Shown in pieces: positions 27,073 through 35,932 of a stretch of DNA of 53,974 bases. Made by a program: the position numbers and the translations under genes. Source of the stretch: SAR324 cluster bacterium (GTDB lineage Bacteria > SAR324 > NAC60-12); NCBI GenBank assembly GCA_028282505.1, contig JANQHV010000554.1, forward strand, positions 1-53,974, written 5' to 3'. The notes below the pieces were generated by a model. That model was not told where the DNA came from and did no database searches. It saw nothing but the letters and a program-made list of their open reading frames with translations. Position 1 is the stretch's first letter. Every line of letters starts with the position of its first letter.

Positions 27073-27132
27073 TATACTCATGTGATGAAAAAAGACATTG
27101 ATGGACTACAAAGCCCTTTGGATCAATGGTGA
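27073..27132 (+). pseudogene. C-terminal remnant of an integron-integrase-like tyrosine recombinase
   Basis: Translates YTHVMKKDIDGLQSPLDQW*, the YTHV...SPLD tail typical of IntI-type integrases. Upstream codons do not continue the match. Confidence 0.65.
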
Positions 27133-27355
27133 TCCCCCATAAAAGCATGATTGGAAAAATCATCTTTGTTTTTCCTATTTCAGAAAACTTGAACATCGGA
27201 CGAAAGCGTGATATTTGTTGCTTGTTTTTCCTGGCTTGCGTGGTATTGTTCAATAGGAATAGCCTGAGAAAACCAAATTCTAACACCCCACCTATCATAA
27301 GCCTCACAGCCTACAGAAAACTTCTGCTACATGATTATTAGGGATATAGAATCTA

Positions 27356-29104
27356 ATGTTATCTCGAGGAATTGATACAGTTAATTTACTGTGGAGCTTT
27401 TTAAAACCTCGGAAGCAAAACTTCATTCTTTGCATTTTCCTTGCGTTTTTCAGCTCTATCATACTTGGAAGTGCCCTCAGTTTAATATTACCTGTCGTGA
27501 GTCTTGTTTTTTCCTCTGAATTATTCACAAGTCACGAAAATCTTGGATATTTTCAACAAATCATTCAAGCATTTCAAAATACTATAGCTGATCTTGAGCA
27601 CAAAGAAATTTTTGCTGTCGGCATTCTTTTTCTCATGGCCACTTTCAATGAAGGAATACGATTTTTAGTAATATGTGTAAATAGCAGTCTGACTGCAAAA
27701 ATAACCTATGATTGTCGGGATCGTATTTACAGTGTAATTCAAAATATGCAGTATGGTCATTTCTCCAGGCATCCTCACGGGATGTTTATTCAATTGTTGA
27801 TTACTGAAACTCGAAGCGTTTATACTGTATTTAAACATCTGTTGAGCATCGTGGTGACCTCGGTCAACTCTTTTGTTTTAATTCTGTTAATGATGCTCCT
27901 TTCCTGGAAATTGAGTCTGCTGTTATTGGCATGCTTTCCTGTTATTGTTTTAATTAACTTAAAAATAGTTAAAAATATCAAATTATTAGGAAAAAAAGCA
28001 ATTAATTCACGTGCTAATCTGACAAGCCAGGTGGGTGAAGGAATTTTAGGTCTCAAGCAGTTGCGTTTGCTTGGAGCAGAATCCCAAATAGCAACAAAAG
28101 TTAATAAAATCTCATTTCGATTGGAGCAAATTGTTAAATCAATTCAGATTAGAAATAGCTTCCAGTCCTTTATTTCCCAAAATCTTTTCATTCTTGGGGT
28201 TTTGGGTATTTTCAACGTTTGGTTTTTTTTGCCAGTCTTTGCTGAAGGTATCCCCCGAAAAGCAGGAATTGTCACCTTTTTTATACTTGTCAGCAGATTA
28301 GTTGAATATTTGAGTTCTGTCGCAAAAGACTATGGAGCTATTTTTGCGAACTATCCTGCTCTTAAGCGTGTTAATGAATTTCTAGAAAAAAAACATGTCA
28401 TGGAACAGGGTGGTTCCATACAACGGGAATTATTGTGTCACACAGGAATCAATTTAGAAAATATTCACTTTGCCTTTTCAGCAGATACCCCCATCCTCAA
28501 AGGCATTTCATTGCAAATTAAGAAGGGCAGTTATATAGGGATTTTAGGTACTTCCGGAAGTGGAAAAACAACAATGTTTAATTTACTTCCTAGAATTTAC
28601 GATCCGACTGAAGGCAAGATTTTAGTTGATTCAGTGGATATTCGTGAATTCCAATTACAATACTTACGCTCAAAAATTGGAATGATCTCACAGGATTTTT
28701 TCCTTTTCAACAGCACGATCCGGGAGAATCTTCTTTTATCCAAACCAGATGCTGAAGAAAATACCATTTGGACATCATTGGAAAAAGCAGGATTGTATGA
28801 ATTTGTCAAATCTCAGGATCAAGGGTTAAACAGTCTTGTTGGTAACAATGGCGATCAATTATCAGGAGGGCAACGTCAACGTTTATCCCTGGCGATGCTG
28901 TTTTTACAAAATCCAGAAATAATTATCATGGATGAAGGAACGAGCTCTGTGGACCAGAAAACAGAAAAACATATCTTGAACACACTACGTGAATTACACG
29001 AAAAAGGAAAAACCATTATCTGTAGTACTCATAAAGCAAGCACACTCTCTGATGCGGATCATGTTTATGAGATGCGAAACAATACCCTGGAAAAGATTCG
29101 ATAA
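27356..29104 (+). CDS. ABC exporter, fused permease and ATPase (MsbA/PglK-like), copy 2
   Basis: GTSGSGKT, LSGGQRQR, IMDEGTS. Shares FIQLxITET and IPRKAG with 15100-16854. Confidence 0.9.
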   Translation: MLSRGIDTVNLLWSFLKPRKQNFILCIFLAFFSSIILGSALSLILPVVSLVFSSELFTSHENLGYFQQIIQAFQNTIADLEHKEIFAVGILFLMATFNEGIRFLVICVNSSLTAKITYDCRDRIYSVIQNMQYGHFSRHPHGMFIQLLITETRSVYTVFKHLLSIVVTSVNSFVLILLMMLLSWKLSLLLLACFPVIVLINLKIVKNIKLLGKKAINSRANLTSQVGEGILGLKQLRLLGAESQIATKVNKISFRLEQIVKSIQIRNSFQSFISQNLFILGVLGIFNVWFFLPVFAEGIPRKAGIVTFFILVSRLVEYLSSVAKDYGAIFANYPALKRVNEFLEKKHVMEQGGSIQRELLCHTGINLENIHFAFSADTPILKGISLQIKKGSYIGILGTSGSGKTTMFNLLPRIYDPTEGKILVDSVDIREFQLQYLRSKIGMISQDFFLFNSTIRENLLLSKPDAEENTIWTSLEKAGLYEFVKSQDQGLNSLVGNNGDQLSGGQRQRLSLAMLFLQNPEIIIMDEGTSSVDQKTEKHILNTLRELHEKGKTIICSTHKASTLSDADHVYEMRNNTLEKIR

Positions 29105-29128
29105 GCTTGCTTTGTAAAAATCCCAAAA

Positions 29129-29294
29129 GGGTATGATCATATTTGTAACCTGTTGTGAAAAAATAATTTCCCCTCCTTTTCAAGGAGGGATTAGGGGAAG
29201 TCGTAGACATAACAAATTCTCCCTAAGCGAAGATTAGCCCCACTCTCTTGAAAAGGGGAAGAACTTCCACGTAGCCGAAAATATGATCAAGTCC
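29129..29294. mobile_element. 166-bp MITE-like element with internal CCCTCC/GGAGGG palindromes
   Basis: Termini GG...TGATCATATTT / AAATATGATCA...CC, near-duplicated 8-bp flanks TCCCAAAA / TCCAAAAA. Partial copies at 41462-41525 and 45009-45090. Confidence 0.6.
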
Positions 29295-29324
29295 TCCAAA
29301 AACCTAAGAAAGATTTGATATAAT

Positions 29325-30479
29325 ATGACATCAACAGTTGGAACATATGATATAATTTTACTGTATATCCATTGCAGGGAGCATTATTACTATTTGAACC
29401 TGGTTAAGTTTCTGGCTCCAGAATATTCTATTGGGATTCTACTGATCACAGACCCAAAACCAGCATGGAGACGTGTCAAAACGACGGAAAGCAATCAAAT
29501 GTTAATGGATATGTGTCAGGATATGGGAGCTCACATCCTGGATATCAACAAACGTTATGATTGTAAATTGCTGCTTGCTCCTCAAGCCGACTATAATGAA
29601 GATTTTACAGTAAAAGTCACCAGTAAAGTGGCCGTTGTCCTACATCGCTTTGGTTCAGGAAGCCAGGGGTTGGAAACCTTCAAAAAAATGGGAATCAACA
29701 AGATTTGGGTCTATGAAAACAAACTTTTCTTCGACGTAGCAGCCTCTGAACAAAAAGCAGATTTAGCAAACCAATTTGATGTGTCTGAAATGGGAAGCCC
29801 CTATGCCAGATATCCGGCATTTGATTTTTCGCCTTTAAACATTGACTACCTGATTGCTTACCCCACACTCATGTTGATTCGAGAACCACAAAAGAAGATA
29901 CAATTGTTAGAAAGTATCAATCTTCTGATTGATCGCATTCCCAATGACAAAGTCGTTTGTCTCAAACCTCATAATACCGAGGATGGTGGCGCCATTATTG
30001 GCAGAAATTCCATGCTAAAAAAATTAGGAGGACTCACTGTCAAATCATTGGATCAGACCAGTTCCGTTTTCTTTTCCACAGTCTCTATGCTCAACTTGGG
30101 TGAATATGTTCCAGATCGTATTTACAATAAAAGAATAGATATTCTTGAAACTTTGCTCGAAAACAAAGTAGTTTTCTTATCCGATCTTTCAGAATATTAT
30201 AACTTTGGCATTGAACATTTTCTCCCATTTGTCAAAGAAGGAGTCATTACAGGGATATCGTCATGTATCTGGCATTGTTTGTATAACCAACTGCCTGTGT
30301 ATAATTGTGACAATCAACCCTTTGGAGAGCATATCATCAATTATGCCGTGTATGAGCATTTTTATATTCCGTTTTGTCAAGAACAACTGGATTTTAATCC
30401 AGCTTATTATAACAAAGTGAGTGAAACAGCCAAACAAGCTGACCTGATCACAATGATTAAAAATGAATTAAATGGTTGA
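29325..30479 (+). CDS. Hypothetical protein, possible GT-B-fold (sialyltransferase-like) enzyme
   Basis: Alpha/beta pattern with LKPH and VITGISS motifs. First gene of the neu block. Confidence 0.4.
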   Translation: MTSTVGTYDIILLYIHCREHYYYLNLVKFLAPEYSIGILLITDPKPAWRRVKTTESNQMLMDMCQDMGAHILDINKRYDCKLLLAPQADYNEDFTVKVTSKVAVVLHRFGSGSQGLETFKKMGINKIWVYENKLFFDVAASEQKADLANQFDVSEMGSPYARYPAFDFSPLNIDYLIAYPTLMLIREPQKKIQLLESINLLIDRIPNDKVVCLKPHNTEDGGAIIGRNSMLKKLGGLTVKSLDQTSSVFFSTVSMLNLGEYVPDRIYNKRIDILETLLENKVVFLSDLSEYYNFGIEHFLPFVKEGVITGISSCIWHCLYNQLPVYNCDNQPFGEHIINYAVYEHFYIPFCQEQLDFNPAYYNKVSETAKQADLITMIKNELNG

Positions 30480-31296
30480 CGATATTCAAAAACAGTGTCG
30501 TGTGTGTGGGCATCAAGAATTTTCCATGTGGGGAAATCGTGATGGACTACCTCTATATCAGTGTAAAAATTGCGAGCTTGTCTTCTTTTTTCCTTATCCG
30601 ACACAGGAGGAACTGGAAGTCTACTACAACAGTTCCTACCATGCCGAGCGAGGTTATGGAGGGAGTGGCAACGCAGGACAACTTAGAAAACAAATGTACG
30701 AGTTAGACATCAAAGATTTAGAAAAAAAACTCAGGAGTTACGGTCGTTTTCTTGATGTGGGCTGTGCCGAAGGTGTCTTCTTGTCGATGCTCAACAACCG
30801 ATGGGAAAAGTGTGGAATTGACATTTCTCAACCAGCGGTAGAACAGGCACGACAAAAAGAAGGGATTGAAGCGGAAGTTAAGGAAATTTCAGAAGTAAAA
30901 GATAACTCTTTTGATGTTGTCCACCTACGGGGGGTCTTTGAGCACATGCTCGATCCTCTTGAATTCGTAAAAATATCGAACCAAAAATTAAAGAACAATG
31001 GTTTTTTAGTATTGAGCAATACTCCAAATATTGGTGGACTGGTTCCAGCTCTTTTTCGGGGAAGGTTTAAACTGGTTATTCCGAATGAGCATCTGCATTA
31101 TTTTTCCGTGCGCACCATGCATACTCTCGCTGAATTGGGAGGGTTTGTGATAAAAGACATCACGTATCCGTATTTTGGTTCGCCCTACTGCTCATTTTGG
31201 AAAGATATGATAGACATTCCGATTAACCTGGTAACTGGTAAAATGTCTCCTCCCTTCTGGGGAAATATTTTTACAGTCTACATGCAAAAAATTTAA
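30472..31296 (+). CDS. Class I SAM methyltransferase with N-terminal CxxC...CxxC
   Basis: CRVC, CKNC, LDVGCAEG, VFEH..DP, EHLHYFS. Confidence 0.9.
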   Translation: MVDDIQKQCRVCGHQEFSMWGNRDGLPLYQCKNCELVFFFPYPTQEELEVYYNSSYHAERGYGGSGNAGQLRKQMYELDIKDLEKKLRSYGRFLDVGCAEGVFLSMLNNRWEKCGIDISQPAVEQARQKEGIEAEVKEISEVKDNSFDVVHLRGVFEHMLDPLEFVKISNQKLKNNGFLVLSNTPNIGGLVPALFRGRFKLVIPNEHLHYFSVRTMHTLAELGGFVIKDITYPYFGSPYCSFWKDMIDIPINLVTGKMSPPFWGNIFTVYMQKI

Positions 31297-31307
31297 TAAT
31301 AAGTAAA

Positions 31308-31991
31308 ATGTCAAAAACAGTTGCTATCATTCCAGCTCGTGGAGGATCAAAGGGGATTCCCAGAAAAAATATCCGTGATTTTTGTGGCAAACCATTGATC
31401 GCTCATTCCATCCTGGCAGGGCTTCAAGCACAACAGGTCCATGAAGTGTATGTTTCCACAGAAGATCAAGAGATTGCTGAGGTTGCTAAAGCTTGTGGGG
31501 CTCAAATCATAGCACGTCCGATGGAGCTTGCTTCAGATACAGCGTCTACTTTTTCTGTTCTGCATCATGCCAGCAGTGTTCTCAATTTTCCTGAAGTTTT
31601 GGTCACTTTACAACCCACTTCACCTCTGAGGACGGCTGAACAGATTGATCATGCAATCAATCTCCTGGACGGCCAGACAGAAACGGTGGTTTCCGTTTGC
31701 CCCACTCATCGGTATCATTGGCGTGAAGAAAATGGATATGGCCTGCCAAATTTTGAGTCACGTCGCAGGCGCCAGGAAATGGGCACGCAATTTATTGAAA
31801 ATGGTTCAATTTATGTAACTCGCAAGTCCGTATTCCAGCGAGTAGATGATCGTCTCGGCATGGGAATTACTTCTACCGGCAAAATCAAACTATATATAAT
31901 GGATGAACAATACTCCGTGGAGCTTGACTCAGAAACAGACTTCACGATCCTGGAACAGCTATACAAATCAAAGGAAGAAAAGGAAAATTAA
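31308..31991 (+). CDS. neuA: Acylneuraminate cytidylyltransferase
   Basis: IIPARGGSKGIPRKN, VSTED, LQPTSPLR, RRQE, ENGSIY, ELDSETD. Confidence 0.92.
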   Translation: MSKTVAIIPARGGSKGIPRKNIRDFCGKPLIAHSILAGLQAQQVHEVYVSTEDQEIAEVAKACGAQIIARPMELASDTASTFSVLHHASSVLNFPEVLVTLQPTSPLRTAEQIDHAINLLDGQTETVVSVCPTHRYHWREENGYGLPNFESRRRRQEMGTQFIENGSIYVTRKSVFQRVDDRLGMGITSTGKIKLYIMDEQYSVELDSETDFTILEQLYKSKEEKEN

Positions 31992-31992
31992 A

Positions 31993-32868
31993 ATGGATGC
32001 TTTTAAGATTGGAAATCGATGGGTGGGAGAGGGATATCCAGCTTTCATCATTGCAGAAATAGGTAACAATCATAATGGTGATTTCAACATGGCAATCAAG
32101 CTCGTCGATAAAGCCATCGAATGCAAAGCAGATGCTGTTAAATTTCAAGTCAAAGACATTGAGACGGCATTTGCCAAAGATCTTTTAGACTCTCCGTATT
32201 TGGGACCTAACTCTTTTGGAAAAACGTACCGAGAACACAAACAAGCGATTGAACTGTCTCATCAAGAATATGCTGCAATCAAAGAGTATTGTGATCGAAA
32301 AAACATTATCTTTTTTGCCACACCATTTGAGGTAAAATCATTACAATTCATTGAATCTTTGGCAGTGCCTGCCTATAAAATTGCTTCATTTCACTTAACC
32401 AATGAAGAATTGGTTCGTGCCGTATGTGGGATGAAAAAACCGGTGATTCTCTCAACAGGGATGTCTTCATTAGAAGAAATTGATAAAGCTGTTTCTATTC
32501 TTAGAGAAACCAATACTACTTTTGCTGTGCTCCAATGCACTTCTTCTTATCCTGCCAATGATGAAGATATTCATCTTGCGGTTATTCCCGAATTCAAAAA
32601 ACGCTACAATTGTGTTGTGGGTTATTCCGGGCATGATCGGGGAATCTCGATTCCGGCTGCATCCGTTTGTTTTGGGAGTAAGATCATTGAAAAACACTTT
32701 ACCTTAGACCGAACTTTAAAAGGAACTGATCACGTATTATCTCTCGAACCAAAAGGATTGTCTGCTTTTGTGGAACGTGTTCGTCTTCTTGAAAAAAGTA
32801 TTGGTTCTCCTGATAAGCGAGTCCTCGAATGTGAATTAGCAGCCCGTAAAAAAAATAGAAATTATTAA
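31993..32868 (+). CDS. neuB: N-acetylneuraminate/nonulosonate synthase family, short form without C-terminal SAF domain
   Basis: IIAEIGNNHNGD, DAVKFQ, KIAS, ILSTGM, CTSSYP, GYSGH, IEKHFTLDR. Ends at 291 aa. Confidence 0.92.
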   Translation: MDAFKIGNRWVGEGYPAFIIAEIGNNHNGDFNMAIKLVDKAIECKADAVKFQVKDIETAFAKDLLDSPYLGPNSFGKTYREHKQAIELSHQEYAAIKEYCDRKNIIFFATPFEVKSLQFIESLAVPAYKIASFHLTNEELVRAVCGMKKPVILSTGMSSLEEIDKAVSILRETNTTFAVLQCTSSYPANDEDIHLAVIPEFKKRYNCVVGYSGHDRGISIPAASVCFGSKIIEKHFTLDRTLKGTDHVLSLEPKGLSAFVERVRLLEKSIGSPDKRVLECELAARKKNRNY

Positions 32869-32869
32869 A

Positions 32870-33577
32870 ATGTTGTCTTTTGAACACCTCAAAAATAAAT
32901 ATTCGGGTTCTCGGTGTGTTGTCTTTGGGAATGGTCCATCTTTGACCATAGAACTGATACAACAAATTCAGGAAGCAGACCTGTTCACCTTTGCTGCCAA
33001 CGGATTTTGTCTGCTTTTTGACAAAATCGATTTTCGGCCTAGTGCGGTATGCATGTCCAATTATGATGCTATTCAAAAATTTGGAGCTTCCTATACAGAA
33101 ACTCCTTTTAAATTTTTTAAAGCAGGATGGCAAAACCACACAAATCTGGAACATGCCATTGGTAATGTTTATGATTTACCATTCAGTTGTAATCACGATT
33201 TAGGTCAGCATGGCTCTGGCTTTATCAAAGACAGAAATTTCACGCTCGATCCCTCTCAGCAAAATTATTGTGGGGATACGGTTTTGTTGGATTTTGCCAT
33301 TCCATTAGCATTTTATATGGGATTCCATGAAATATATCTTTGCGGAGTCGATTGTGACTACTCGAAAGGATATTTTTCTAAAGATTATACCATCTCAGCC
33401 CGTAGCACGTTCAAGGGGATGGTGAATGGAGATTATTCCATTGCGATTCCTTCTTACCAATACACAAAAGACTTTTTAACTTCCCATGGACGTCACTTAT
33501 ACAAGTTAACTCACAGTACACCCCTCAGTTTTATTGAAACATCTCAACTCCAGCATGCCTTGAGAAAGTCTATATGA
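32870..33577 (+). CDS. Maf/DUF115 or Cst-like putative nonulosonate transferase
   Basis: CVVFGNGPSL and AFYMGFHEIYLCGVD. Confidence 0.65.
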   Translation: MLSFEHLKNKYSGSRCVVFGNGPSLTIELIQQIQEADLFTFAANGFCLLFDKIDFRPSAVCMSNYDAIQKFGASYTETPFKFFKAGWQNHTNLEHAIGNVYDLPFSCNHDLGQHGSGFIKDRNFTLDPSQQNYCGDTVLLDFAIPLAFYMGFHEIYLCGVDCDYSKGYFSKDYTISARSTFKGMVNGDYSIAIPSYQYTKDFLTSHGRHLYKLTHSTPLSFIETSQLQHALRKSI

Positions 33578-34542
33578 TTAATGACAGACCCCAATATTGC
33601 CTGTTAACTGGACCCAGTCGGTCTGGTAATCACTATCTTCATTCGCTTTTAGATTCTCACCCCCAGCTTTTGATATCGCCAGAAGAGGATTTTTTTGTCG
33701 ATTTCATGATTCGAAGACACCGGACTTCTTTTTTAAGAGAATTGGCATCCAATCGGGATTTATTGTTTCCTAAATTTTGTATTGATAAATTGTTATCCAT
33801 GAACAAAGAAGATAACTGGCAAAAGTTGACCTCTGGTGAAAAAGCCCCTCAACATAATTTTAGCGAGGAAATTCCATTTAATTACAAGAGATACCAGGAG
33901 CTTTTACGATCCAACATGCCTTTATTGTACAAAGGATGCAGTGATATTGTCTTGCGATACCTGGATTGCCTCTTCCAGGCAGTAGAAACTCCTTTAAATA
34001 ATCATACGGATTATCAATTCGTCTACATGTGCCCAAATATAAAAGAAGGTCTCCGTTTTTTTATTTCTGAATTAAAATGCAAAGTACTCATTATTATCAG
34101 GGACCCCGTGCAACGAACAGCGTCTCTGATTAAATCCAGAAAAAATGTGACCACTGACCACCAGATTAAAACTGTAGATAACCTGATAAAATACTTTGAA
34201 CACGTTCTTTTACTGTTAAATGATCCAATTCTTAGCCAACAAATATTGGTCCTGGACTACAGTTATTTGAAAGGTCAAACAGAGCATGTTATGTCATCCG
34301 TGGCTTCATTCCTGGAAATGCAGTTTCATGCTAATTTGATACAAGCGACTCTCTATGGCAAACCAACAACTCCCAATACTTCTTTTAAAAACAATGAAGT
34401 AGAAAAATTTTCAAATAAGCCTGGAGGTTATATCAAAGAAGTTCTGGATGAAAGTACCATTGAGTATATACAACAAGCAGCACATCCCGTTTATTTAAAA
34501 CTCAGAGACATTGCTGTCCAGAATCCACAAACGATGAAATAA
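33574..34542 (+). CDS. Sulfotransferase family protein
   Basis: GPSRSGNHYLHSLLDSHP (5'-PSB-like) and IIRDP....S (3'-PB). Confidence 0.75.
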   Translation: MINDRPQYCLLTGPSRSGNHYLHSLLDSHPQLLISPEEDFFVDFMIRRHRTSFLRELASNRDLLFPKFCIDKLLSMNKEDNWQKLTSGEKAPQHNFSEEIPFNYKRYQELLRSNMPLLYKGCSDIVLRYLDCLFQAVETPLNNHTDYQFVYMCPNIKEGLRFFISELKCKVLIIIRDPVQRTASLIKSRKNVTTDHQIKTVDNLIKYFEHVLLLLNDPILSQQILVLDYSYLKGQTEHVMSSVASFLEMQFHANLIQATLYGKPTTPNTSFKNNEVEKFSNKPGGYIKEVLDESTIEYIQQAAHPVYLKLRDIAVQNPQTMK

Positions 34543-34606
34543 CAACCAAGTACCATATTTGATTTTGTAAAACATACCCAGCAGAGTGTTATTGGAAAGG
34601 AAAATT

Positions 34607-35761
34607 ATGCTAGCTGCAGTCATCCAAGCTAGAACATCAAGTCAAAGGTGCAAAAACAAAATGTTGCGCAGTTTCGCAAATACCAACCTCATTTCTTTGG
34701 CCCTTGAAAAATATTCTCAACCCACCAAAGCGTTCAAACTTTACTTTGCTGCCTATGAACCAGAATTGCTGGAAATTGGGAGACAATACAATTGCACAAT
34801 CATTCAAAGAAATCCAGAAAGTGCAAATGGAGAACGGATCGAGATCGTCATGAATTACATGTCTGAAATACCTGAAGAGATGGTCATGTTTATCAATCCA
34901 TGTCACCCCTTTATGGAAATGGAAACCCTGGAAAAGGCAGCACTCTACTTTGAGAAGAAACAAATGATCAGCATGACTTCTGTCGTCAAATCCCATACCT
35001 GGTATTATTTCATGGATGGCAGAGCCATCAATTTTTTAGATCCGACCAACCTCAACACAAAAACCACAGAACCCCTTTATCAAGTCGCTCATGCTTTCCA
35101 CATTTTTAACAGAAAACGTTTTCTCAAACATCACTATTTTTGGACACATCAAAAAAATGATCCATTCTTCTTTGAAATTTCAGAAAAAGAGGCAATTGAT
35201 ATTGATACGGAATTAGATTTTGCTAAAGCAGAAGCTTTGTATATTCGTGAATATGGTTATCACACCACTTTGCTAAAAGAAAAATTCAAGAAAATTAAGA
35301 TGTTGGTGATGGATGTAGATGGTGTACTAACCGATGCGGGGATGTATTACTCTGAAGAAGGAGATGAATTGAAAAAATTTAATACTCGTGATGGCATGGG
35401 CTTAAAACAACTGAGGGAAGTTGGTATCCAACAGGCCATCATTACTGGTGAAGACACTGCAATTGTCCAAAATAGAGCAAAAAAATTAAAAATAGAAGAA
35501 GCGCATCTCGGCATCACAAATAAACTTGAAGTGATGGAATCCATTCTCGCAAAATATTCACTAGCTTCTGAAGAAGTAGTCTACATTGGTGATGATATCA
35601 ATGATTTGTCTATAGTTGGAAAAGTGGGGGTTTTTGTTGCGGTTGCTGATGCACTGGAATCGTTAAAAAGCCAGGCTGATTATATAACAAAGGCACGAGG
35701 TGGGGAAGGAGCAGTTCGAGAAATCTGTGACATGATTTTATCCTCTCTCCCGAGCTGCTAG
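34607..35761 (+). CDS. Cytidylyltransferase (NeuA/KdsB-like) fused to KdsC-type HAD phosphatase
   Basis: N-domain QARTSSQRCKNK...DIDTELDF. C-domain MDVDGVLTD, FNTRDG.G, IGDDIND, GG.GAVRE. Confidence 0.88.
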   Translation: MLAAVIQARTSSQRCKNKMLRSFANTNLISLALEKYSQPTKAFKLYFAAYEPELLEIGRQYNCTIIQRNPESANGERIEIVMNYMSEIPEEMVMFINPCHPFMEMETLEKAALYFEKKQMISMTSVVKSHTWYYFMDGRAINFLDPTNLNTKTTEPLYQVAHAFHIFNRKRFLKHHYFWTHQKNDPFFFEISEKEAIDIDTELDFAKAEALYIREYGYHTTLLKEKFKKIKMLVMDVDGVLTDAGMYYSEEGDELKKFNTRDGMGLKQLREVGIQQAIITGEDTAIVQNRAKKLKIEEAHLGITNKLEVMESILAKYSLASEEVVYIGDDINDLSIVGKVGVFVAVADALESLKSQADYITKARGGEGAVREICDMILSSLPSC

Positions 35762-35932
35762 TACATAGGAAATCGCCTTAGAACCTGTTTGGAAAAGATG
35801 GTTCGTCGCGAAAAATCGACCTCATTGAGTTGTCCACCTAGCCTCAGGAAGTCGATTCCTCCCTCTTGGAGAAGAATTGTAAGGTAAAAAACCTTTGACC
35901 CCATGTATTAATTTTCACATAAAAAATAAATA

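Noticed and set aside
16900-27200. Island as an intact prophage or ICE
   Set aside because: No structural, replication, conjugation or intact integrase genes, and I found no flanking att duplication.
27056-27341. ORFs 27056-27307(-) and 27126-27341(+)
   Set aside because: No RBS or motif support. The only interpretable coding signal here is the integrase tail at 27073-27132.
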